From Candidatus Thorarchaeota archaeon (lineage in GTDB: Archaea; Asgardarchaeota; Thorarchaeia; Thorarchaeales; Thorarchaeaceae), in assembly GCA_004524445.1 (NCBI GenBank), contig SDNP01000020.1, positions 1 through 57,321 on the forward strand: a DNA stretch of 57,321 nt, read 5' to 3'. The notes under the pieces were generated by a model. That model did no database searches. It had not been told where the DNA came from and saw only the letters and a program-made list of their open reading frames with translations. The position numbers and the translations under genes are program-made. How positions within the stretch are numbered: position 1 is the first letter of the stretch; the number at the start of each line of letters is the position of its first letter. Shown here piece by piece: positions 1 through 9,144 of this stretch.

Positions 1-207
1 ATCCTCGTGACGGAGGAGTGCTCAGCTGCTACTCTTGAAAGAATTCGTTCTCAATATGGACCACCCGTAGATGATTTGCTTGCGGCATTCGAGACCCCAA
101 CAAGAATTGACGAGGTTCTTGGAAAATTGAAATACGACAAGAATGCGCTCTGGTTCCTGTTAAACATGCTCACAGATGCTAATTGTCTTAAGATGCAATC
201 AAAGTAA
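1..207 (+). CDS. C-terminal fragment of a hypothetical protein (5' truncated by window edge; wHTH-like tail)
   Basis: Frame is open from base 1 to TAA at 205-207; helical tail ...RIDEVLGKLKYDKNALWFLLNMLTDANCL. Confidence 0.55.
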   Translation: MLVTEECSAATLERIRSQYGPPVDDLLAAFETPTRIDEVLGKLKYDKNALWFLLNMLTDANCLKMQSK

Positions 208-1029
208 CTAGAGGATATCGTCTTGACCGGGTATCCCGACCACATCACTTCTACATTGATGACAGTGGTAAAACTGTCGAATGTGTTTTGACGCTTTGTT
301 TCGAATATTGTTCAGCTGCTTCGTGGTTGGTGGAGATAGGGATGCGAAACGCCCTGCTGGAACTAGAGGTATTATATTATGAAGTGTTGCTCCATGTTCT
401 GAAATCCGCTCTGCGATGCGAACGACCTCCTTCTCGTTTATTTGTGGAATGAAGACCGTATTTACCTTAACAAGAATTCCTGCTGCTGAAGCGTTTCTTA
501 TTCCTGAAAGTTGTTTGTTAAGAATATGACTTCCTAGTTTCTTATCTACTGGTACACGTCCATCGATGTCAATCCATTCGTAGAGTTTGCTCGCTGTTTT
601 GGGGTTTGCTGCATGAATGCTCACCGAAATAGTGGAGGGGGCTATCTCCCGCAAATAAGGCATGTTTTCATTCATTAGTGTCCCATTTGTGCTTAGACAG
701 ATTTTCGCATCTAGACCCAAATGGCTAATCCCACGTAATGTTTCAATGGCATTCTTGCTCGCCATTGGGTCTCCTGGTCCTGATACTGCAATAATTCTAA
801 GATTTTTTCGCCTTCGAAGTTCTAATTTGAGACGTGCGATGGCTTCTGATGGTTTCATTATCTTTGCTGCTGAACCAGGCCGACCTGCTCCACAACATCC
901 GAAGTTCTGTTCACAGAAGATGCACTTAATGTTACATCTATCAGCCACTGGAAGGTGAATTCGCTGCCAGAGAGCCCCTCTAGAATTGGACCAGCAAGGA
1001 TGATGTTCAACAATTGAGGTGGACGACAT
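208..1029 (-). CDS. nifB: NifB-like radical SAM protein (stand-alone, no NifX domain)
   Basis: HPC, RIHLPVA-CNIKCIFC (CxxxCxxC), RPG, SGPGDP, CLSTNG, KVNTV, C-terminal CHQCRSD. Start moved to the ATG at 1029 to avoid overlap with the upstream gene. Confidence 0.8.
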   Translation of the reverse strand: MSSTSIVEHHPCWSNSRGALWQRIHLPVADRCNIKCIFCEQNFGCCGAGRPGSAAKIMKPSEAIARLKLELRRRKNLRIIAVSGPGDPMASKNAIETLRGISHLGLDAKICLSTNGTLMNENMPYLREIAPSTISVSIHAANPKTASKLYEWIDIDGRVPVDKKLGSHILNKQLSGIRNASAAGILVKVNTVFIPQINEKEVVRIAERISEHGATLHNIIPLVPAGRFASLSPPTTKQLNNIRNKASKHIRQFYHCHQCRSDVVGIPGQDDIL

Positions 1030-1039
1030 GATGTGACTC

Positions 1040-1468
1040 TCAAACAAGATACTGAAGGAGCTTTCCTGCTTCTCTTGCAGTAATTTTGGCATCATTAAAG
1101 ACTAAACCGAGCATGGCGTTTTCAGGAGCTGTAACCGTCAGCAGATATTCTCCTGTTATGGCTATAGTGAGCGTCAGGCCCATTGTTCCCTGAATTATTA
1201 TGGATTTGAGCTCGCCCTGATTGAGTTCTCTAACGGTTTGTTCCCCAACTGCTTGTATACTTGCCACCATGGCTGCAACTGAAACCTCTTCGACCCCCGC
1301 ATGGAAATGACTTACGAGAGGTAGTCCTTCAACGGAGAATATGGCCGCACCCAAAATAGGTGACCTGTTGTTCAGACTTCTGAGTAGCTGCTTAAGTTCC
1401 GCAAGTTCGTCAGTCGCAGTATGTGATTCCAAGTCAAGCCCCTCACGTAGGCAGTTGCAGACATACAT
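1040..1468 (-). CDS. Roadblock/LC7 (MglB-like) protein
   Basis: GAAIFSVEGLPLVS, VAAMVASIQAVGEQTVRELNQGEL, AMLGLVFND; true start may be the TTG near 1432. Confidence 0.9.
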   Translation of the reverse strand: MYVCNCLREGLDLESHTATDELAELKQLLRSLNNRSPILGAAIFSVEGLPLVSHFHAGVEEVSVAAMVASIQAVGEQTVRELNQGELKSIIIQGTMGLTLTIAITGEYLLTVTAPENAMLGLVFNDAKITAREAGKLLQYLV

Positions 1469-1524
1469 ATCTGCTTATAATAATAACTAGACCCAAAATC
1501 GAAGATAAATATACTTCACGAGTA

Positions 1525-2535
1525 CTACTCAATGAGCTTGACAGAGGTCACCTTATCACTATGAAGAAGCTGAGTTGGGGATTTCATTACTTTTAGAACA
1601 TCATCTGCCTCTCTATTCAAGTCATTCTCTCGCAACATATCAATAAATTCGCAGCCAGAAGTTATTGATAATCCCTTGATAGGAGATCCGTTCTTGCATG
1701 ATTCAACTACTTCTTGAGCAGGGACCAATTTGCACTTGAGATTCTCACCCTTCATTTTTCTTAGGTGTCTGATGCCCTTTTTTGCAATCGCCCGACTCTC
1801 TTTCTGCTCCTTTGTATATGCTCTTCGTTTGGAAATCCGTCTAAGCCTCTTAATTCCCTCTTCTATCAGTTCTTCTGAATCCAACATTCCGCCATAGATT
1901 GGTCTAACATTCTTAATGGAACTCGTCACTAGCCATGCTGTACCAAATGCTCTCTGATATCGCATGGCCTTCAGTACCTCGGATTCACTTAGAAGAGTGA
2001 AGGAACGATAGCCTTTGTATTCAACCGATATCTCCCATCCAGGATTGCTGCTCCTGATTAGAAGGTCTGGGGTCAGTCCCTGACCTGTGCTAGGTACTGA
2101 GGTTTCAACATTTTCAAATACAGTATCGACTAATTTTAAAAAGGCCTCGTGAAACAAATTATGCCGTAGATTTCGAGCCTCTTGGGGATGTCTTAGTCCA
2201 GCATTTCGGTAGAGGAGCGGCATTTGGGGGCTCTGTCCAGTCCTCTTCTTTACTTCGCTCTTTGATGTAAGCCGTCCTCTCTCGTGATTCCTTCTCACAA
2301 GACGAAGTGCAGCTTCATATCCGACCAAATCATAGACCATTTTCCCTAATGTCGGAAGGCGCTCATGTTTCTTCTCCATCTCTCTTCGCCTTATTTTGGC
2401 CTCTCCTTGAGCCCAATCTACCACTTGCTGAGCATCATCTCCCAGCAAAGCGAGAACTGATTTCATCTTTTTATGGAGATTGTATCTTCCAATGTGTTTT
2501 TTGAGATGGGGTCCATATTTCACTCTGGGCGACAC
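1525..2535 (-). CDS. Basic protein with PD-(D/E)xK nuclease-like core
   Basis: HE...TPDLLI...SVEYKG...KAMRY pattern of restriction-endonuclease folds; Lys/Arg-rich. Confidence 0.6.
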   Translation of the reverse strand: MSPRVKYGPHLKKHIGRYNLHKKMKSVLALLGDDAQQVVDWAQGEAKIRRREMEKKHERLPTLGKMVYDLVGYEAALRLVRRNHERGRLTSKSEVKKRTGQSPQMPLLYRNAGLRHPQEARNLRHNLFHEAFLKLVDTVFENVETSVPSTGQGLTPDLLIRSSNPGWEISVEYKGYRSFTLLSESEVLKAMRYQRAFGTAWLVTSSIKNVRPIYGGMLDSEELIEEGIKRLRRISKRRAYTKEQKESRAIAKKGIRHLRKMKGENLKCKLVPAQEVVESCKNGSPIKGLSITSGCEFIDMLRENDLNREADDVLKVMKSPTQLLHSDKVTSVKLIE

Positions 2536-2585
2536 TATTATTCCTCTATCATCAAGTTACATCAAAGGCTAGACATTAGGTCAAC

Positions 2586-3263
2586 TCAGTTTCCGAAAAT
2601 GTCCTTCACCAACGTGACTTCTTGAGTTTCTTCGTCGTATTCAACCAGATTTTCATTTCGGAGGTCGTGTATTGCTTTCGTAGCAAGCGCGGGTACGATA
2701 CCGGTACTATCTACAATGTGTTTTCTGGTAATACTGGCTCCTGTGTTGTGGAGGGTGTAAAGAACCCTTGCATGTGGCTTTCCACCAAAAACGGTTTCGA
2801 TAAGAGTAATATAGATTGATAGCAGGTCGCTCACATCAACCTTCTCTTCAAGTTTCTCTTTTTCTGCAGTCGTTTCTCTGTATAACTCGGATACCCTCTG
2901 AAGTCTATCAGTTATCTGATCCATTTCTGCTCTAAGCTCGTCGCGCTCCTCGATGATGGCACTGATTTCATTCTCTTTCTCGGATTCAAGTGTCGAAATC
3001 TTCTCTGTTTTCTCTTCAAGCTCAGCTTTCTTGCTCTCCAGAGCCTGTTCAGTTCTTTCTAGTTCAGACCTAACAGAGTTTAACTCTTCTTCCGTTTGTT
3101 CAAGTTTCTCTTGTAGATTCCATGTCTTCTCCTCGGCCTCTCTACGAGCTGTTCTAAGCTCTTCGCTCTCCTGAACCAGTTTATCTCGCTCATCCAGAAG
3201 TGTGGTAGCTTTTTCTTTAAGCTTCTCAAGCTGAGAAAGAATTTTTTCCCGTTCTATTGACAA
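2586..3263 (-). CDS. Coiled-coil protein with C-terminal winged-helix domain
   Basis: About 140 aa of E/K-rich heptads followed by HARVLYTL...ITRKHIVDSTG...KAIHDLRNENLVEYD. Confidence 0.7.
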   Translation of the reverse strand: MSIEREKILSQLEKLKEKATTLLDERDKLVQESEELRTARREAEEKTWNLQEKLEQTEEELNSVRSELERTEQALESKKAELEEKTEKISTLESEKENEISAIIEERDELRAEMDQITDRLQRVSELYRETTAEKEKLEEKVDVSDLLSIYITLIETVFGGKPHARVLYTLHNTGASITRKHIVDSTGIVPALATKAIHDLRNENLVEYDEETQEVTLVKDIFGN

Positions 3264-3310
3264 TATGAGTCTCCTCTGGCCTGTAAGGACTTTTACAACT
3301 TAAATCCCTT

Positions 3311-4459
3311 TCACATCAAATTGATATCGAATGATGCAGCTTTTGTCTGGATATACTGAATGTACTTTTGCTTCAGTTCTCTTAATGGCAACTCAAATGC
3401 CTTAAAGGCTTCAAGCTCGCCCTTTTTCCTCTTTTTCAGAATTTCTTCGTTTTCATGCTTCAGAACCGGATCCTCTCCAATTGCAGGAATATTGCGATTC
3501 TGTTTCGCACATCGGATATCTGACTTGGACATTTTCTCTAGAGAGTGCTCAACATCGTTCAACATACCATTTTTCGACCAAAAATCCTCCGAGGTCAAGC
3601 CAATCAGTTTGGCATCTGGAGCAGACAGTCCTCGGATATTTGAGAGCTCTATAGAATTACTTTTTATCGTCGAAAATATGCGCAATGACCATGGCGACAT
3701 GTCAACTAGTACAAGAATGGGAATCCCTTGTTGAGAGAGCCGTCTAATCCAAGCCCTCATATTGCGTCCGGGTTGACCAAAAAGCGCTCCTACACCAATA
3801 TCCAGTTCCTCTGGCACGCCTAGTTCTATCAGATTCCTCGCCATTGCTTCTTTTTCAACAAAGACCGCTGCGTCAATGTTGAGATCATGAATTGTAACTT
3901 CAAACGGCCTGGAGGAGATAAACCACCCATATTCGCCGGCCGCTGAGCAATTGATTTTCTTCTTGGATAGATCAGATAGGGTGACATCCCCATAGAATGT
4001 GCCCTTTGGAGAGCTGACTACTCCAAACTCCTCCCTTGGCACAGAGTCACCATCGATTCGCAATATCCTCTCGCAGAGGTTTACGAGTCGATTGGTTTCA
4101 TTTTGGTCTTTGATATTGAAGACATCCTGCACACGTTTCACCTTATGCATGTAATAGAAGTCACGCAATGACATTGACATGCCTTGATCCAAATGCTCTC
4201 TGAACCTCGAAAGGGCATAGATGAGAGATGCAATGGTTTTAGCGCTATCTACTCTCCTGCCATCCAGAAATGATGCCTTTTCGTCAACAGGAAGATATCC
4301 CTCATTTTGTTCGAAACGAATATTTCTCTTAGAAGAGCCAAAATACCCAATTTCAGGAAACTCACCATCTTCAATTGTTTCTGCGATAACCTCGAGTACA
4401 TCATCAATCAATCCTTCCACCATATTGCTGGAAATAGTCGTTCTAGATTTGGCTGCCAT
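3311..4459 (-). CDS. top6A: DNA topoisomerase VI subunit A (Spo11 family)
   Basis: LRDFYY (catalytic Tyr), VFVEKEA (TOPRIM Glu), GQP, KGELEA; adjacent to top6B. Confidence 0.92.
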   Translation of the reverse strand: MAAKSRTTISSNMVEGLIDDVLEVIAETIEDGEFPEIGYFGSSKRNIRFEQNEGYLPVDEKASFLDGRRVDSAKTIASLIYALSRFREHLDQGMSMSLRDFYYMHKVKRVQDVFNIKDQNETNRLVNLCERILRIDGDSVPREEFGVVSSPKGTFYGDVTLSDLSKKKINCSAAGEYGWFISSRPFEVTIHDLNIDAAVFVEKEAMARNLIELGVPEELDIGVGALFGQPGRNMRAWIRRLSQQGIPILVLVDMSPWSLRIFSTIKSNSIELSNIRGLSAPDAKLIGLTSEDFWSKNGMLNDVEHSLEKMSKSDIRCAKQNRNIPAIGEDPVLKHENEEILKKRKKGELEAFKAFELPLRELKQKYIQYIQTKAASFDINLM

Positions 4460-5994
4460 TAGTAGACCTCCTTACTCAATCCCAGTTTTGGCTGGATCTC
4501 CCTCCCAAGCGAGTCTGATAGAGTGTTCGCGATAAAGCCATAATATAATGCCAGTTTGTTTTCTCTCTTCTTTCGTTTTCTCACTCGATTTTTGTTCCGC
4601 ACTTTGGTTGCGATAGATCTCAGACAATCCTTGAATCCTAGCTCAATCTCTCTCCGAACAATGTCCACATCTGCTATGTACTCCTTTCCGACCGTTTTGT
4701 ATGGTATTTTGGTTGAGCAAATATGGATGAAGAACGCAAGAGGATCGTCATTTGATAGACCATAGTGGCTAAGGTTCAACTCCCTGAGCACACGACTTGA
4801 AACATCCGCGCTTTCGTCATATAGCAAAGGAATACGATTGGCAAATCTATACAATTCGAGGCTTCTCTGCAGCTGCCCTCCATAAGCGATTCCCGTTTCT
4901 ATAATGAAAGGATGGCCCTCATACGAATTTGGGTTCCTTGTTGCCAGAGATACATACTCAGGGTGCAGTCTTTTCATCCCGGCTCGCATGACATCTGCCT
5001 GTGCAGGTGATAGGCAATCAGCTGATGGTGCATAGAAGTCTTCGAAGGCAGAAATTCTTTCCATGAGATTTACTAGGTCATCATCATTGAGGTCTTCTGG
5101 AGGCATATTGCTTTCGACGCCTGCAAACTTCAAAAATGAGTCAGCGGTAGCTGGTCCAACTCGCTGGAATGAATTAATCAGAAATGTTTCAATATTCTTC
5201 GATTTTGTAGATGCAATCATGGATTTTAGCATCTCAACGTCAATCCCCTTCGGATGCGGTTTCATCTCTGTGGCTGCGTCTGGCAAGACATCGATTATCC
5301 GGGGATAAGACAGGATTTCACCATCGGGAGTATCAAATTCTATTGACGCATATGGCACAATGAGGCTTGTCTGATTGAAGTATTCTTGAATTCTCCGCTT
5401 ACTCCTGAACCAGTCTCCCTGTAGGAAGTAAGAAACAGTCGTACCATGTTCTTCACTTCTCTTGGGCAGTTTCCTACTCCCTAGGATAACAGGTTCATTT
5501 TTTTCGATGTCCAGTTTCATTGTCAGGACATTACGGTATGGATTTCCCTTGATGGCTGACTCTACAGTGATTGGTTTCTGTGTTGTGATTTGACCGTAGA
5601 GTAGCGCAAGGCTACCTCCGAGCCCAAACGTACCGCGACTCTGTTTTAGAACGAATTTTGTTCCTGTCAGCATCTTTCCAATGAGTTTGGGTATATCGTC
5701 CGATTCAATTCCCCCTCCATTATCACTGACAGTCAATTTAAAGATCCTAGGTGTTGAGGGAATCCCTGTTGAATCATCTTGTTTGCCAACATATGATAGT
5801 GACACCCGGATTTCTGGTAGGACTCCAACCTCCTCACTTGCATCCAGGCTATTTTCTAAGAGCTCCCTCACCGAGACGTATAGTGACCTTGCGGGGTTAT
5901 CAAATCCTGCAATAGCTCGGTTTCGGTAGAACCACGCAGAAACAGAGAGCTCGACAATATCCTGCTTTGTTTCACTAATATCTAGTACCATCAA
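4459..5994 (-). CDS. top6B: DNA topoisomerase VI subunit B
   Basis: GHKL motifs VRELLENSLDA, DNGGG, SRGTFGLG; RFANRIPL; STKIPYKTVGKE. Confidence 0.97.
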   Translation of the reverse strand: MMVLDISETKQDIVELSVSAWFYRNRAIAGFDNPARSLYVSVRELLENSLDASEEVGVLPEIRVSLSYVGKQDDSTGIPSTPRIFKLTVSDNGGGIESDDIPKLIGKMLTGTKFVLKQSRGTFGLGGSLALLYGQITTQKPITVESAIKGNPYRNVLTMKLDIEKNEPVILGSRKLPKRSEEHGTTVSYFLQGDWFRSKRRIQEYFNQTSLIVPYASIEFDTPDGEILSYPRIIDVLPDAATEMKPHPKGIDVEMLKSMIASTKSKNIETFLINSFQRVGPATADSFLKFAGVESNMPPEDLNDDDLVNLMERISAFEDFYAPSADCLSPAQADVMRAGMKRLHPEYVSLATRNPNSYEGHPFIIETGIAYGGQLQRSLELYRFANRIPLLYDESADVSSRVLRELNLSHYGLSNDDPLAFFIHICSTKIPYKTVGKEYIADVDIVRREIELGFKDCLRSIATKVRNKNRVRKRKKRENKLALYYGFIANTLSDSLGREIQPKLGLSKEVY

Positions 5995-6063
5995 GAAACC
6001 CCATTACTTCAGGGGAATGATGCTGTGAGTCACTATGAAGACAAGTATTACGTCGGGAACACT

Positions 6064-6951
6064 CTATAGGAGATTGCCTAGAATGTAAAGAGCAACAAGT
6101 GCGACTGTGATGACCGCCCAGAATTTCTTGTTCCATGCCATTACTGTCCCTCCATCAAAGGGTTGGAATGGTATCATATTGAAGAGTCCAAGCATAGCAT
6201 TCAGGATGATTGTATATTTCAGAACGAAGAACCACTGATACACTACTCCTCCCAAAAGCCACTGACCTAGTAAGATAACACTGAGAGCAATAGATGCGAG
6301 TATCAAATTGGAAGTCGGTCCTGATGCATTTACCTTTCCTTCTTGCTCAAGAGACCTCGATCCACTTGTGAAGACGACACCAGTGCCGAATATTGGAACT
6401 GAGAGCAGGATTGCCAGGGCCGATAACAAATATCCTGACTGAGTCATCCTGAACTCCGACCACATCCCATATTTCTGTGCAACGAATTTATGAGCCATCT
6501 CATGAACCATGAATGATGTAAGAAAAATTACAATCGTCCCTACGGGCACCCACCAGTATCCGCCGGCAATCAATGAGGAAACGGTGAGTATTCCCGCTAT
6601 GATTCCAAACCCAGCTGAATATGCCGAATGGAGTGATATCCCAACCAATATGACTAGAATCGAGGAAATGAGTAGGTCTCTAATCTCTCTCTGGGAAAAC
6701 CGATTTGCTATTTTTCTCCGCCGACTTTGAGGTCTATTTCTAAGGATGGAGAAGCCAGATTTCGTTTTCTCATTTTCCTGTTTCTTGCCCGAATATCTGG
6801 CAGATATTTTCTTTTTTGCCGCATCACGTGCGTCTTGCATAGCAGGACATCCATGACTCTCAGGCAGGCGGTGCTCTGCGCAATACACCATTCGACAATA
6901 CGGGCACGTGAAAGCTAGGTCTTCCTTTCCGCAGAGAGAACATTTTGCCAT
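6064..6951 (-). CDS. AN1-type zinc finger fused to M50 (site-2) intramembrane metalloprotease
   Basis: CSLC...FTCPYCRMVYCAEHRLPESHGC; HEMAH and NMIPFQPFDG; several TM helices; start at MAKC (6951). Confidence 0.88.
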   Translation of the reverse strand: MAKCSLCGKEDLAFTCPYCRMVYCAEHRLPESHGCPAMQDARDAAKKKISARYSGKKQENEKTKSGFSILRNRPQSRRRKIANRFSQREIRDLLISSILVILVGISLHSAYSAGFGIIAGILTVSSLIAGGYWWVPVGTIVIFLTSFMVHEMAHKFVAQKYGMWSEFRMTQSGYLLSALAILLSVPIFGTGVVFTSGSRSLEQEGKVNASGPTSNLILASIALSVILLGQWLLGGVVYQWFFVLKYTIILNAMLGLFNMIPFQPFDGGTVMAWNKKFWAVITVALVALYILGNLL

Positions 6952-7126
6952 TTGTATCACTCGGTCAATTTCGTTACGGCTGTTCCAGTCGAAATCAGTA
7001 GACACTCTGAAAAGGGTATGCCTAAGGCTATTGACGAATTTCAATTGGTTTCTAAGCAAAGGCTTAAGTAATTCAAATCAGGGGCCCGCATTGGCTTATA
7101 CAGAAGCTTTCCTGGAGCGATGAGTT

Positions 7127-8521
7127 TTGGTATATGATGTTGCCATTGTGGGAACGGGTCCTGCAGGTATTTTTTGTGCTCTTGAGCTAATGGAATATCA
7201 ACCAGACCTAGATATTGTCTTGATTGAACGCGGCAAGAGCATCAATGAGAGATCTTGCCCCAACTCAAAGATGGCTCTAGGTTGCACCAAGTGTGATCCC
7301 TGTTCAATCCTCGCAGGCTGGGGAGGGGCTGGTGCATTTTCAGACGGCAAGCTCACAATCTCCACTCAAGTAGGTGGTTGGCTGGATGAGATCATTGGCG
7401 AAGAGCATTTGAGGAACCTCATTCACTACGTAGACAAAAAATACCTGAAGTACGGTGCCCCTGAGAAAATCTATGGTGCCGATGAAGATTCAACTGAGAA
7501 GTGGGCAAGAGATGCATTCCGTGTCGGAATGGAGCTGATCCCACAAAAAGTCAGACACATGGGTCGAGAGGGCTGCATTGATGTTATGACTGGCATGTAC
7601 TCCACGGTGAAAACGCAGTGCGATATCCTATTTAGCACAGAGGCGAAAGATATCCACGTACAAGACGGAAAAGCTGTTGGCGTAGAAACAAATGGTGGAG
7701 ATAATATTTCTGCGCGTTATGTTGTTGCCGCTCCAGGTCGAGTTGGCAATCAATGGCTTTCTTATCAAGCTGACCGTCTCTCAATCAACAAGGAAAGCAA
7801 TTACGTTGACATTGGTGTTAGAGTTGAGATTCCTGCTTCAGTTATGGAGGAGATTGCAGAGGAGCTTTATGAGCCAAAGCTTGTCTATTATTCAAAGCAA
7901 TTCGATGATAAGGTTCGTCTATTTTGTTTCAATCCTGGTGGCGTGGTAACAAGTGAATACTACGATGAAATTCTAACAGTTAACGGCCAATCTTTTGCTA
8001 ATAGAAAGACAAGGAATAGCAACTTTGCATTGCTGGTTTCCACAAAGTTTACGGCACCATTCAACTCGCCCATAGAATATGGACGTTCAATCGCTCAACT
8101 CGCCAATATGCTTGGTGACGGAGTCTTGGTACAGCGGTTAGCGGACTTACGTCGTGGCAAAAGGAGCACAGAGTCTCGCATAAAGCGTACGCCAATACAG
8201 CCTACATTGCCCAGTGCATGCCCGGGCGATCTAAGTTTTGCTTTACCATATCGGCATCTTAGTTCCATCTTGGAGATGCTGGATGCATTGGATAATCTGT
8301 GTCCCGGAGTTGCAGATGATGGCACGCTGCTATATGGGGTGGAAGTGAAATTCTATTCTTCCAGATTGAAGTTAAAAGAGAATCTTGAAACAAGAAATGT
8401 GGAGAACCTTTATGGCGCAGGTGATGGTGCCGGCATTACGAGAGGTCTCATGCAGGCATCTGTATCTGGAGTCTTGGTTGCCAGAGATATCCTTGAGAAA
8501 GAAGGTATTGAAGTACCATAA
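7127..8521 (+). CDS. FAD-dependent oxidoreductase (uncharacterised dehydrogenase family)
   Basis: IVGTGPAG, GWGGAGAFSDGKL, DIGVRVE, AGDGAGITRGL. Confidence 0.88.
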   Translation: MVYDVAIVGTGPAGIFCALELMEYQPDLDIVLIERGKSINERSCPNSKMALGCTKCDPCSILAGWGGAGAFSDGKLTISTQVGGWLDEIIGEEHLRNLIHYVDKKYLKYGAPEKIYGADEDSTEKWARDAFRVGMELIPQKVRHMGREGCIDVMTGMYSTVKTQCDILFSTEAKDIHVQDGKAVGVETNGGDNISARYVVAAPGRVGNQWLSYQADRLSINKESNYVDIGVRVEIPASVMEEIAEELYEPKLVYYSKQFDDKVRLFCFNPGGVVTSEYYDEILTVNGQSFANRKTRNSNFALLVSTKFTAPFNSPIEYGRSIAQLANMLGDGVLVQRLADLRRGKRSTESRIKRTPIQPTLPSACPGDLSFALPYRHLSSILEMLDALDNLCPGVADDGTLLYGVEVKFYSSRLKLKENLETRNVENLYGAGDGAGITRGLMQASVSGVLVARDILEKEGIEVP

Positions 8522-8544
8522 ATCCCCATTCACCCTTCCAAAAC

Positions 8545-8604
8545 CTTTTATACCAAATGGTCCTTAGTGCTAGTGAACAAATGGTCTGTAGTTGACCAAT
8601 TTGT
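8545..8604 (+). promoter_or_regulatory. Putative TATA box plus repeated operator upstream of hsp20-cdc48
   Basis: CTTTTATA at 8545-8552; CAAATGGTC at 8554-8562 and 8578-8586; imperfect inverted copy GACCAATTTG at 8594-8603. Confidence 0.45.
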
Positions 8605-8686
8605 AGTACGTATGAGTAGGAGCCTGTTGGTGACTCAAAAGGGCGGTTTATCCGCCCACGGGCTCCGGATTACGGGAGGAATAATA

Positions 8687-9124
8687 ATGATTGATGACGA
8701 ATTTGATAAGTTTGTACGCCAAATGTTCGAGCGTTTCTTCAATGGATCAATGAGTACTGGCCCCGATAGAGATGTTCAAATTAGAATTAGTACGGGGTTG
8801 GACCAGACACCTAATCGAGGATTCGTAGGTGAAGAGGTGGAGGAGCAGAACTCTGAAACGATTGACCTTGGTGACAAGTATATGATCCTAGTGCAGGATG
8901 TTGAAAGTAGCGTAGCTCCCACTGCACATATAGAAGGTCGAGAAGCAGTTTTGAATATTGGAAATGGTTCTGGCAGACGCTTGAAGTTTGAGCTGCCTTA
9001 TGCTGTAGATACTGAAAACTCATCTTTATCATTCAGAAATGGGATAATTGAAATAATATTACCCAAGTCAAGCGAAATAGAAACCAGCTCAGATACGAAT
9101 GAGATAACACTGAGCGCAGACTGA
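8687..9124 (+). CDS. Small heat shock protein (Hsp20/alpha-crystallin-like)
   Basis: [17 protein letters not shown]-terminus; FELPYAVD...[13 protein letters not shown]; directly upstream of cdc48. Confidence 0.8.
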   Translation: MIDDEFDKFVRQMFERFFNGSMSTGPDRDVQIRISTGLDQTPNRGFVGEEVEEQNSETIDLGDKYMILVQDVESSVAPTAHIEGREAVLNIGNGSGRRLKFELPYAVDTENSSLSFRNGIIEIILPKSSEIETSSDTNEITLSAD

Positions 9125-9144
9125 AAGGAAGGAGCAGGATAATA

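Noticed and set aside
208-1029. Nitrogen fixation capability
   Set aside because: No nifH/D/K/E/N in the window; a NifB-like gene alone is insufficient
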